This document shows positions 24,501 through 37,100 of a stretch of DNA of 64,000 bases, piece after piece. The stretch spans positions 62,001 through 126,000 of the forward strand of contig DF237058.1 of the NCBI GenBank assembly GCA_000708835.1, given 5' to 3'. The notes under the pieces were generated by a model. That model was not told the origin of the DNA. It did not search any database and worked only from the letters and a program-made list of their open reading frames with translations. Position numbers and translations under genes: made by a program. The stretch comes from Klebsormidium nitens. Taxonomy: Eukaryota; Plantae; Klebsormidiophyceae. Each line of letters begins with the position of its first letter. Positions within the stretch are counted from its first letter, which is position 1.

Positions 24501-26478
24501 TTGGTCGCCGAGGCAATGATCAAGATGCAATTTGTCCGTCCATTGACCAATTCCCCCAGAACTCAAGTCTTCACTAGTGCGCTTCGACAAATGACGCCTT
24601 CCTCGATCTCGTGCAGGCCCCACCCCCTCAAAACCGAGCCCGTCATGCTCGAGTCCCGCGTCTCCCCCATCCGACTGGAAAGCACCTCGGTTCCCGCCAA
24701 CCGGGCAGAAATGGCGCAGTGCACACAGCGGTTCAACGTCCCGGGGCTCGTCTTCTCGACCGGGGGATACAACGGCAACAACTTCCACACGTTCATTGAG
24801 GGCGTCGTGCCGCTGTTCATAACCGCGCGGCATTATGGCGGGGAGGTCGTGCTTATGATAAGCGACTCGCACGACTGGTGGGTCGCCAAGTTCAAGGCGT
24901 ACTTGCAAGGTGAGCAGAGAGCAGATTGGACCGACCCCTTGCGTACTAAGACAGCAAGAAGCATTTCATCTCGATCTTCGATCTATTCCGACAGCTGGCG
25001 ACGAGTCTACTAGAGTTTTTCCCGACTGAGCGGGGTTCCTGTTGGGTTCTTTTCCAGCTTCTTATTGGGCAAATTGATGACCAAGGTTAATGGCATCTCG
25101 TTGACGGCACGTGCCGAAAGACGTCCCTTGCTGACTGGTGCAACTGAATTTAGTGACATACGACAGAAGCTTGTTTCCTGCCTCCCGACGGTGCTTCAAA
25201 TTCTGGCGTCGCTTCGTTCTTTCATTGTTAAGCAACCCCTTTGAGCGACGCCGAGGACATTGGAGAGAAGGGCGGTGTAATTACCAATCTTGGGTTATCC
25301 ATTTGCTCTACTCTTTGGCGCCCAGCTCGAGCTTGCCCCTCGATTCTGTTTGTGACTGCAAGATCTGGGGTGGGGTAGACGGGCAGTCCTTATCATCATA
25401 GCTATCGTCCAGTGAATTGCTATCAAGACCAAGCTTCATTGACGCTACGGCTCTTCGCCGTCACCATTTAATCTTAGATTCTCTCTGCCACCAGACCGGT
25501 GCGACTTGACTCTAGGTGCGTCTCGTCGAAGTTAAGGCACTCCACCTCTTCTTAGTCATTACGTTGTCACACAACGAGCACCCGCAATCTTTGAAAAGTC
25601 GGACTTCAAGCTTCGAACTCCGTCCTCAAGTCGTACCTTCTTCAGTATCTGGTCCGTTACGTGTCTCTGACTAAATAAGTTTGCCACTTGCAGGCCTGAG
25701 CAACTATCCCATCTTGCGAATCGGACAGGATGACGGCATCCTCTGCTTCGCTGACGTCACCCTGGGTTTGCGTTACCACGGCAACCTCCACGTGGACCCG
25801 GAACGGATGAGCGACCGGTCGGACATCTTCGACCTGGCGCGGCTCTTCACAGAAGCCTACCAGCTTCCGGTCCCCACTGAACGGATTCCGGGCGGAACTC
25901 CCCAGCCCATCAGAGTCGGGATAGTTGACCGGCGGCCCGGCTCGCGGGTTATCGTTAACCAGGCGGAGGTCGAAACGAGCGCGATTGCGCGGGGGATGAC
26001 GGTGCAGGTTATCGGTGACGAAGTTTTCCAGAGCCTCCGGGAGACGGTGCGCGCCTTCCAGTGGGCTGACGTCATCATCGGCGTGCACGGGGCGGGGCTG
26101 ACGCACATGGTGTTCATGCGCCCCGGGACGGTGTTGGTTCAGCTGGTCCCGTTCGCTGTCGACTGGGCGAGCGACAGCGCATTCGGGGAGCCGGCGCGGA
26201 AAAACGGGTTACATTATCTGGGTTACAAGGTAACCGTTGAGGAGACTGGGCTGTTGAAGAAGTACGCGCCCGACGATCCGGTTGTCACTAACCCGAAGGA
26301 GGTTTGGGAGCGGGGTTGGTCTGCGGGTGGGGATATCTACTTGAGAGAGGACGTCACGCTGGCGTCAGAGGGGATCATGGAGATTTTGGATTTTGTGGAA
26401 CGGAATCTGGGGAGCTCGGCGAGTGGGTCTGGCTTGGTTGGGAAGTGCAGCGGGCCTGATAAATTTAATTGTATTTGA
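21587..26478 (+). CDS. Glycosyltransferase family 61 (DUF563) type II membrane protein with a coiled-coil stem; exons 21587-21923, 22713-22996, 23558-23949, 24617-24909, 25694-26478 (about 696 aa)
   Basis: Single TM segment (KLLLIILGLLSWEI). GT61 motifs KIARPHPLK, VPGLVFSTGGYNGNNFH, HDWWVAKF, ADVIIGVHGAGLTHMVF and GEPARKNGLHYLGY. Exon phases are mutually consistent. Confidence 0.88.
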
Positions 26479-28523
26479 GAGGCACCATTGGCACAACGAA
26501 ACAGCTTGTTTCAGTCATCAGCATACACTACTTTGTGTAACCCTGGGTTGTAAGAGTTGCCATTTAAAGCATTGAAGTTCGCGCTCATACAAGGTGCATC
26601 TTACGTTGGAGTTGGAGCGCTTACTACTGATTGATGGGAGCCAAGTAGACCGCCTAGACTTCCCAACAAAACTGGACTCACGAATAAGGATTCTTCACAG
26701 CCAGGCTCCTACGATAGTCAAAGTAGTTGCTCTTGTTCGCCTTTGACAATCACCTAGCTCGTAGCGTCTTGCTACGGTCTGGTAGAAATACACAGTAGTT
26801 GACGGTCAACCTTTATTTGTTCGTGTATCATAAGACAAAAAGACATCATTTACTTCATTGAACGAGGTACGGCAGCAGCTGAAGCGTACTGCCGAATAAG
26901 AGTCAACTTCACTTCGTCACATCATGCAGATTTCATGGTTGCGCTACAGGCCGGAATCAAAGATACCATGCCTTTGATTAAATAATGAAGTGTGACTCGA
27001 TCAAACGCACGCCCGCGGCAAGACATGCGGAAAGCACCGTCACATGGCATGTATCATTCTCCGTCGCAGCATCAGCTCGCGGCATGCCAAGCTGTCCGAT
27101 CAATCAAACCTATGTCGGATGCGGTCGATGGCCGTGCACCATCATTCATAAAGTTAAGCCAGGACAACATGCAAGAGTTAAATAGATCAACACGCGCCTC
27201 TGCAAAGATAAAAAACTTAGCGGTACACGTCAATGTACCAGGCCATGAGAGCAGATGTTTAAAAGGTTATCTCTTTCGGATCGTGCGTTGGGGAATTGTT
27301 TCGTGTGATGAGTTGATACATTTAGATACGAGCAGGCTGGATTTCTAAAGCGCACTCGGTGCATCGATCAGTGGTCAGGCACCGCACATTCGGCCTGGCA
27401 TCAAGCGTTCTGGTTGGACCGAGTCGAATCTGCAGCAGATCTACTCCACACGTCAAGATTATGCCTTAAGACAGGCGTAGAGTGCATCCCTTGGAGGTCG
27501 ATCTCTGATAGACAGCAGTGCATGACAGCGACTATGTTGTCTTATGATCCTCGATCTGGCTGGCGTTGGAAATAGCGTATCACTACACCGACTCTAAACC
27601 CAAACACACGCTTTGCCTCATTATCCATCTCGCAAGCACATGCTGCACGGGACCCATCCATGTGAAGCAGGTACAAATAGCTGGCGCATGCTACGTCAGA
27701 AGGTGTCCCGGCGGCCACGGAAAGCGTTGTTTCCGGATCGGCCTGTGCGTATGGAGATGGTCCGCGCGTAGTACCTTATTGCGCGCGCGCGGGCCTCGCG
27801 CGGGCCGCGCCAAAGTGGCCTCCTACTAGGCTCATCGCCCGGCATATGGGGCTTCGACTCCATCGAGTAAACGATGCGGGTGTGAGTTCCCCCCGTATTC
27901 GGTGAATCCTACAGTACTACAGTAGTAGCTACGATGCAATCCAGACCGACGTTGGCAGGACACTAGATCATACAGACTTGGCTCGTTGTGTCAGTGGCAA
28001 CTCTGCATTGACGATGCATGATGTGATGATCTCAGAACCTCGTCACAGCATCTAGGATAATACGGAAAACTGCACTTGCGGCCCAAGCATCTGGGAGCTA
28101 AGATCATGACGAGACCGCCGCTTTTTGAGACGTACATTTCCGAGAGGCCGTTCTAAAGCTACCGAAGCTTGATGTGACCCAAACTCCACTAAACGAGATG
28201 GGTCCGATGTGACGGTTCGGAGCAACTGTATACCGCAAAGGCAGCTTCTTCTCAGCAGGAAACGGAGGCCTTGTCAAAAGCGGCAGCGCGCTTGGCGGTA
28301 GTTTTCAACATGCGGATTGCTGAGTATTCAATCATCGTCTCTGTTGCGTTTGACGGACCAGCAGCAAGCATTGGAATAGGTGCTTCGCAACAACTGATTC
28401 AGCAGGACGTAAAGTGAGGGAGCGGGTTTAGAAGTCCTTTATCAAGCAAAGGGTTGCACGCTTTCTGTCAAGACGCCCTTGGAAAAATTCTTGTTCTCAG
28501 CAGGTCAGGCCTCTGGTGTTGAA

Positions 28524-30427
28524 ATGGACGGGCCAAAGAGCACGTCAAGAAACCAGCCTGAGTTGCTCCGCGCACAGACTCAGCAAGCATTGCGGCAGAT
28601 CCTCCGAGACTCTCAGTCGAAGGATGCAAACACAAGGCTGTTGGCATTTCAGCGCTTCACGAGCATCTTCCGAAAGTTCAGTGGGCCTGATCCCGAGGAG
28701 AGCACCATGCACGTGGCCGCCGAACTGTTGGAGAAAGGGCTTCTGAAACCAATCGCAGAGGGGCTGAAGGATTGCGTCGCTGCACCGTGGAGGATCTTGA
28801 TGCAGGGCTTCACAATCCTGTCTCAGTCTGAGGTGTGCATCAAAGCACTTGAGTGCCTTGCGTTGGATTCCCGCACCGTGAAATACATCCTGCAAGAGGA
28901 CCCCACCCTGCCAGCTGTCCTCAGGGCGCTGTTTCTCAACGAGCTGAAGCTAGCAGAGAGGTCTGCTTCTCCACCTGACGTCAGAGTGACGCGCGCGATC
29001 CTCCAGACGCTCCCCAGGTTCTTCATGGTCGATTCCGCGCGCGAGGAGACCGGCAGGAGCGCGGACTTTCTGAACGCGGTCATGCGCCACGCGCTCCGCC
29101 ATTTCCAGGACCTTGTTACGGTCCGTGGGTCAGTCTTGATGCTTCTGTCGCTGAGAAAGTTCTTGAGCGATCCGGCTCTGGAAGACAACCTTTTTCGCTT
29201 CGCGGGCAAGATCCTCTCCGAGTCGAGCGATCCGATGCTCAGCACTTTCACGGTCACCATGCTTCACGGCGTCGAACGGACCCGTCTGAGCATCGAGGGA
29301 TGCGTTTCCAAACCCCTGGCTAGAAACCCCGCTCTCAGATGCGCGGCTCTTGCTCTGGTCCTCTTGCGAAGAACAACTAGAGGAGGAGGACCACTCTCTC
29401 ATGGTTCTGCTGGCGACAGCCCTCGAGTACGGCACGCCGGCTGCGCGTGCGAAGGACACGTGTCCCCCGCCCGGCGTCTCCATCCACGAAGACGCGAAAC
29501 GGCTGGCGAATGCAGATCCCTCCGCGTGGGCGCGCGCGCGGGTCCTGCGGACGCTCCTCGCGCAGGAACCAGATACGGACGGGGACAATTTCCGCGTGCG
29601 CTTCGTACGTCCGAAAGCGTCGGATGGGGCGCGGGGGGTGGAGGGAGCGCAAAAGGCGGAGATGATGGGGATCCAGCCGGCAGAAAGAAAGAAGGCGACA
29701 CGGTGCTCCGGGCCGGGGTGCGACGAGGCGGAAACTAGACCGGGGGAGTTCCAGATGTGCGGGGGTTGCAGGCTCGCGGTCTATTGCGGGAAAGGTAAGA
29801 AAATTAGACTGGCGGCTGTGTCCTTCTTTACGAAAATATCATGAATCCTTGTGAACCCCCTACAAAAGGCGAGACGCTCTTGTCAGCTCTTGTAAATCTG
29901 TGAACTTTACATGATATCAAGCGCTATTTCGAAGGTTCTTAGTAGACTCTCGTCAAAGTATTCAGCGGGCTTGCAAGGAGGAACGGTTTGCGACCGCCCG
30001 TCCTGGCACTCCGACACTTCTCCTGTCGTTACGCGATCGAAATTGGTCAAGGGATTCTTCGGGGGTATCTGTCTAAGCTGTGCTTAAGTATTCAATGAAG
30101 TTAAATTCCTGGATTAATCGGAGCGGAAGCAGCTCAACCCGGGGACCGAGATTGTTGGAATTGCGATCTTGCTTTTGGAAAATAACCTCGTCCAAAGAAA
30201 GCTCTCCGTGCTATACTAAGGAATCAGGATTGATCTGTTCTGATTCCGCGATCAGCACGCGTAGTGCCGTCCCTTTTGAATGCTACACCTCGCAACAACA
30301 ACCGCCGATCATATTGTCTAGAAGCTGAAGAGAATGACACCGTAATGTTGCTCCTCACTGTTGTGCAGATTGCCAGCGGAGGGCTTGGAAGGCAGGCCAC
30401 AAGGAGACTTGCCAGAAAACGGCTTGA
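28524..30427 (+). pseudogene. Helical-repeat + MYND family, copy D (inverted relative to A-C); single +1 frameshift at about 29364; exons 28524-29794 and 30369-30427
   Basis: ORF 28479-29738 follows the family to ALALVL, then the family sequence continues in the shifted frame (CEEQLEEEDHSLMVLLA..CSGPGC..CGGC..YCGK|DCQRRAWKAGHKETCQKTA*). The gene would be intact if the extra T is a sequencing error. Confidence 0.75.
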
Positions 30428-31115
30428 GGAATTTCCAAGGTGGTCATATGTACTCTTGTAGATATACTAATTTGAAGTTAGTTACCAACTGGCCGCGCTG
30501 TCCCATACATGATGACGGTCATTCAATATAGTGACGTACCGTACAAGTTGTTTGCTTGCCCAAAGATGAGATATAAGATGTCATGTGACCTGCCATTATG
30601 CCAGCCACTTAATGAGCGTCTACAACTCTGCAATCATGGTTCAGAATGCCGCCACGCATTGATCACACTTCTAGACTCAAGTATCAGGCGCATATGGTGA
30701 CTGTACTAGCTGTCTAGCTTGCACAAGCTAAGTAAGGAAGCTATTGGATGCAGTACGTCCCGGCCATGTCACTGACGCAGTTCAACGCGATGCGCATGGT
30801 GCCAGTCGAGAGAAGTTCTCAAATTCGAGGAGCCGTGCTCTCTGAAAATGTTGGGGAGCTAGGACGGCTTGCATATGCGGCCATGGGCGCTCGAAAAACA
30901 TTCACTCGCTGACCACGAAATGGCGGGCCCTGTAGGTTGGCTCGTATTCCGAAGTTCTTAGCTAACGGACTGCAGGCAGCCGTTAAGTGAACAGGGGCAT
31001 CGTGCGATTAGTCGCTAGCCCCTTCATGGCTTCTATAAAGATAACGTGAATCAATCAGGCTGATCGATGCCGTCGGCTCAGTGAAACCGGTTAGCGTAAA
31101 CAATAATATCCTTAG

Positions 31116-34100
31116 TCAGAGGGGCACTGCTTCCAAGCTCCCCTCCTTTTCGTCCGGGTCTTGTTGCAGGTCGTCAGAGATTTTACTCGACTCTTTTGCG
31201 GATTCTGCAGTCGACTCGCTTCCATTCTGACTGCTTACCTCCTTCGCTTGCACGGGACCCTGCAGGCAACATCAAAGTCCATCATTCATCATGCCGACTG
31301 GTTGCACCAAAGAGCAAAAAGTGGAGACTAACCAGCTACGCATAAATCTGCTGCTTGAGATTAGATCTAGATGACTTCCGATGCACTGCCCTTTTTCGTC
31401 TGGAAGAACAATCCAGAAGCAGGAACACAGCCGAGAACTGCACGCATGACCGATTATGAAAAGCGAGGCAACACAGCCATGTCATAAATCCAAAGTGGTT
31501 GACACGTCAAACAGCAATCAAGGGCAGCCCGACAAAGCTCTCAAACCGCCTGCCGTAAGTCTTCCTTCCCACGAAGACCTCCGTTCCAGATACCGTCGGC
31601 CTTCTCCGCACACAGCACCATCCCAGAAGAAAGCAATCAACGGCCCCCACCTTTTTCTCCGCTGCTCCGCGCCACTTCATGGTCAGCCCAAACAGCGCCT
31701 TCTTGCCAAAAGATTCCGCCGTCGCGGGGGGTTGCGCCGGGGAGCCTGTGGCAGGGCTCCCCGCGGGGAGGGGGCTCGCGTGCCCCGAACGGGAGGCCCC
31801 CGCTTCGAGTGCGGAACGGCTGATGGCTTCCAGCATGTTCTCCGCTTGCCGGGCGCGCTCCTCCACGGCTGCGAGGTTCGCTTGCAGGATGCCCACCTGG
31901 GCCTGGAAAAGAGAAGTGGGTCGGTGGAAAAAAGCGCCGAAGAAGGGGGCGTGGCAAAGAAACCGGAGTTGCAAACGACGTGTTCGATGGACAGGACCGA
32001 CGTAGAATCTATGTGGCTTACAAAGTGTTCCGAAAGGAGATGCACTAGTCGGTTATGACAATGATTCGCCAGAGGAAACATCACGAGCTTCTTGAATTCA
32101 TTTACGCTGTTGAGACACCAACCTTGCGCGTGATCATCCGCTCCCCATACACGTTCAAATGCTCCACGTTATCGTAAGCACAGTTGACGTATTCACGCTT
32201 TCTGTTCCTAAACTCCGGCTGATCCAGAGATCGACAACGTAGGCCGACACCCCTGGTCTCCACGTCAGATGAATGGACAATTGAACACGTGGCAGTGACT
32301 GAACACTACGGTGCAGTGAAGCTGTATGGACACATGGCAGTCATCCTCACCTCGAGTGCCGCCTGCGTATGCCGGTAACGCACAACGTCTGCCTCAGCGT
32401 GCACACGCGCCTCCTCCGTCTCCCTGTGCTCCTGATCGATCTTGGCCAACACCTGCGGACGGCAGCCAGGGATCAGCAAAGCGACGGGCCTCGACACTCG
32501 AGTTGAAACATCAAGCTAAACTCGTTCTCAAATAAAAGCTATGTAGTTAATGGAGTTCCTACTCAAGCAAGAAAACTTGGTATGCAAGTCCGCGTCTGAA
32601 CAGGAAACGTAGTACTCGGTTCCGATATGACCCGAAAGGGCCTCACCTCTGTCATTTGATGAGCCTGCGCCTCCCTCTCACGCAGCGAAGCACGCGCCGC
32701 GTCTAGTTCGGCCTGGAGCCTCTCTCCAGCCGCTGTCAGCTCCTCAACCTGTATGAAACGTCACCAAATGTCAGCAGTCAATTGATTGACGACCACTTAT
32801 GTTGACGCTCTCCACCGACTTAACCTTCTCACAACAGTATCTCGAGCAAACCATTGCATTCTGCTTTCTAACGGTATCACTCTTCGACATTGCGTTGTCA
32901 AATTTGTCCTGAGTATTCCTTCAAAAGCTGGAAGGATAGCAAAGTAGCAACGCTAGCATTGGACTTGAAAGGATCGTCGTGGGGATTTTTTTTGGCGATA
33001 AGCGCACCCAGCCTAACGACATAACACCACATTCGCCGAACGCTCCATAAGAGTGCGGAAGTGTTAAGTCTGGGAAAGTCAAATGGCAGGTACTGCGAAA
33101 AAAGAGTGTCCTGCCGAAAATCGTTTGTCGCACCTGGGCCTGCAGGCTGCGCTTGGTCTCGTCCAGGTGCCGCTTGTCCGCAACCTGCACGAGCGCCGCC
33201 TCTAGTTCGTCTGCGCGTATGCTCGCCGCGCTCTCCTTCTCCAGCGCCGCAACCAGCTCTTTCTTGAGCCATGCAATCTGCACCGCAAAGCGGTTTACGC
33301 AATCGTCAATCTCAGGTAGTCGAAAGACACACACTTGCGGAGGAGGAGACATGGGTGTCAGGACGAACGTAAAAACGTTAAATCGAGCAGCTGCCCTCTT
33401 CTTATGCGGTCCTCAACCTTCTAATCTGTTATGAGGCCTTTGCAAATTGCTGATGCATGTACGCAGACTGCCAACTTCACATTCGTTACGAGCTTTGAAA
33501 AAGGGTTTGAGAAACTTTTTGTCAGCTCCGTTGGACAACGACCAGTTGCTCTGCAGGCGAGCTGCCAGCCTTGATGAAACTCATGAAAGCAGGAAGTCCA
33601 AACCGGGAAGTTGAAAATAGATAATCTACACCTATCTGACGCCGTTCTCAGATTCAGCAAAAGTACTCTCAAAGCTAGCTCCCTTGACGAAGCTCGCCCC
33701 TCGTACCTGCGCCCGTAAATCGTCAACCTCGCTCCCCTGCTCCTCAGTCTGCGCCGCCGCATGCTCGGGCGTGCCGGGTGGCCGAAATCCCGGGCTAGAC
33801 TCCCCCCCGGAAGCGTCCGTTTTGGTGCGCCACAGCTTGCTGACCCCGCGAGCGAGGCCCCGGGGGGTGGTCTCCGCCTTGCTGCTCGTGCTGGGCTCCC
33901 CCCCGGACCGAAGCTCGGCGGGAGGGGGGGACGGCGAGCGCATTGCCGCCTCGCGCTCTGCTTGGCGCCGTTCCGCCTCTTCTGTGACCTGAACGGAAAC
34001 GGAAAAGGGCGGAAGGACGTTTCCGTGCAAGTCCAGTACAATCTTGCAGAAAGGAGGGAGAGAGGGAGGGAGTAAGCAGGACGGAAGCCCAAGACAGAAG

Positions 34101-37100
34101 TCCAGAACGAAGGAGCCACGAATCCAGAGCGAAGGACCTTTTAAAGCGGGCAGTAAGGGAGCAGCTAAGCCAAAAGGCGTTTCGTCGAGTATTTCCTATC
34201 TGCAAAGAAACCCCGATCTTAGGCCCGATTCTGCAGATGCTCGAAGTCTTCTAACTTTCGTGCAACTGCGGGTTTACCTGAGGCCGATGAACTGCCGCCC
34301 GGACCTCGAGTGCCGCGCTCTCCACATCAGCAAAGGCGCCGCATGCGGTGAGCACCAGTGCGCTGCTGTCGAACGTGCCAGCGGCCAGACTTTGGAGGAG
34401 AGACACGGCGTCACCGGCATCACGCACCGCGGTCAAGGGGGGTGCTGCGCAACAGAGATGAAGCGTCAACATCGTTGCCGAGTGTTTGAGCTTGAGCTCT
34501 TCTACCAAATGAGCGACTGAATATCGAAATCCAAGTAAGACACGACTTCGATGGTAGCAGCGCAAAGGAGGGGACAGACTCCGGTAACCCGTGCTCCAAG
34601 AGTTTGCATTTGACGTGCACTTCGCTAAGCTATAAGACCTGCGCCGCATATTGTGGATAGTGTTGATGTCGAGATGGTATTTTGCTAGGCGCACACTGCA
34701 ATAACCAGTGCACATGGCGGATCCCCTTCAGCGGATCAGACGACAATTTGGAAGGAAGGTGGTCAGCTTTCGTATGATTACTAAACGCAAAGAATTGTCT
34801 CTGCGAGTCGATACCCAGACATGTTTCACACCCGAACACGACATCTCAAGATCCTTCAAGCAGCCTCTCAATATTGATATGCCCAAACCCAGAGGTCCAC
34901 CGCATCTGACAGCAACCTTCCAACGCAAAGATCTGCTAAACGCTGAAGTAGGCTCACCGTTCATGTCAATGAGCGCCAGCGCGGTGCGGAAGAGCATGGT
35001 CCGGTCGTCCTCGAAGAGCAGCACGTCCCAGACGCGCAGCACGCTCTCCCACGGCAACACGTTGACAAACACGGAGAGGAACCACGGCGCGCTCACCCAA
35101 TGAACGGCCACGCCCAAAGTGTCAAGGTGCGACACTGCAATCGCGGAGAGAGGCGACATTTGCCGAGACGTGCGTTGTGCAGGTTTCACTTTTTCGGCCT
35201 ACAGAATCCTTTAGGTGGTTGGAGGAGGAACCAGCTCTGTTGGTGAAACACAAATTCTTGATGGAGGAGTAGTAGGATAGAAGGTGCTGTAATTTGACGA
35301 GCTCAATGTAGCGGCGAGCAGGGGTAGCTTTCAACCGACACGAATTTTAGAGGTGGTTTTCCCTCCATTGGTGAATGTGGACGAGAGGAGCAATCAGAGC
35401 AAGGGTCGAGGAGATCTCGGGGGGGTATGCAGGGGATATCCGTTCGCTGTACTTGTAAAGAAAGCGAGCGATCCAGCGAAATGTCTGCTTCAGAAGCATT
35501 GGAACTCACCAACGGTGGGGAATCGTAACCGCAGCAGTTCTTCCAACACGAGCTGATCCACCTGCACCACGGCGATTACGAACATCGTTGAGTCCTTGTG
35601 CGTCATGTGCTCGGAATACTGGCACTCGTTAGCCTGTCGAAGTCAAGCGGAATGAAAAGCTCGCTTCTTCGGTCGAATTTCCAATCGAGCTGAGCCGCGA
35701 GTTGAACTCAGTGCGCTTGACATCTGCACTTGGCTTCGGTTCACTTTGCCGCGGCCGAGTACGTTTGCACCAGTAGGCTCGAGGATTGTGATTGATTTGC
35801 GTGGCTTTCAGTTTCAATTTCAATCCTGGACTGACACCTCCCTGTGTATTCATCCGTGACAGCACCCCGTCCTCATTGCTGGATTCGTCTATGGGGAACT
35901 CTATGGACAGAACAAGTTGACAGCTTCCAGTTGCGACAGAGCAAGCTGATAGAAATGGCATCGATCAACTGGGAGCAAGCGAAAGGAGATGAGAAGGAAG
36001 GATGAGTGGGAATGCAGACGAGACAACAAGCAACGAGGGACTTCGAACTCGCCTGAGCCTCGATCATGTTGTGAGAGTAGTAGCCGTGCAACAGATCGTC
36101 AACGAGGGCCGTTAATGTCCTGCAAAGAGAAGGCTGCACGCCTTTCATACGGGTGGCTGATTGCTCATAGAAGCCCCCTGTCGCAACTTCGCTTGACCGT
36201 TCACGGAACAAGTCCACAACCAGTGGCCAAAAACAGAGAAACTTCCTTTGCTCGAGGGAGGCAGTATTTGAGTGAGAGCTGAAGGTCGTCCGAAAGACTC
36301 ACCAAAACGCAGCCTCCTCGGGCATCAGAAGGAGTAAGAGCGCGGCCAGGAAGTTCATCCCCTGCAGATTTATGGCATGGAATGAGTCACAGCCAGCAAT
36401 CGGGTATCAGCAGGAGCACAGATACGAGTTAAGATCTGCGCGGACTGGTTAGGATCTGCGCGGAAGGGGAAGATTTTGCGAGAAAAGTGGAGCAAGTCAG
36501 GAGCACGGACCTGGCAGTACCCGACATCAGGGTTGTGCCGGGCAAACGCTGTCAGCAGGCGGCGCAGTGCATCCCGCCCGCCGCCGTCCAGCACGGGGTG
36601 GCCAGGGAAAGTACGTGGCAGGTCCTGCATTCGAATATTTGGGCCGTCAACATTAGCACCAACCATCAGCAAGACGGAGCTGTGTTTCTATCGAGCAGAC
36701 TTTCGTATCTAGAATCCGACCATCACGTTCAGCCATTGTTTCACATGGTTGCTTTTGGAAGAACTATAAGCATCTGAAGACCTCACTAACAAATTTAACC
36801 GCTGAACACCGGATGTGAGCTGGGATCTCATCAGGGGGGCGGTTTTGTTGCACCTTGTGTTAAGCCCCTAAAACTGTACTGTTATCTCCCTCGAGTGGGC
36901 CCCCCCTCTGACTCTTGCAGCTCACCTTCTCAATCTGCGCCGTCCACTTCTCCATCACGTTCTCGTCCTTCTGGCTGATCTTGTAGGGGGACTGCGGGTC
37001 CAGCTTCGCGGGCTCCAGCAGCCCCCCCACTCCGTCGCCGCTGCCCCCACCGTCCGCTAACAGCAGCAGAAGCGCCTGATAGTGCCCTGGAACCTGGCGC

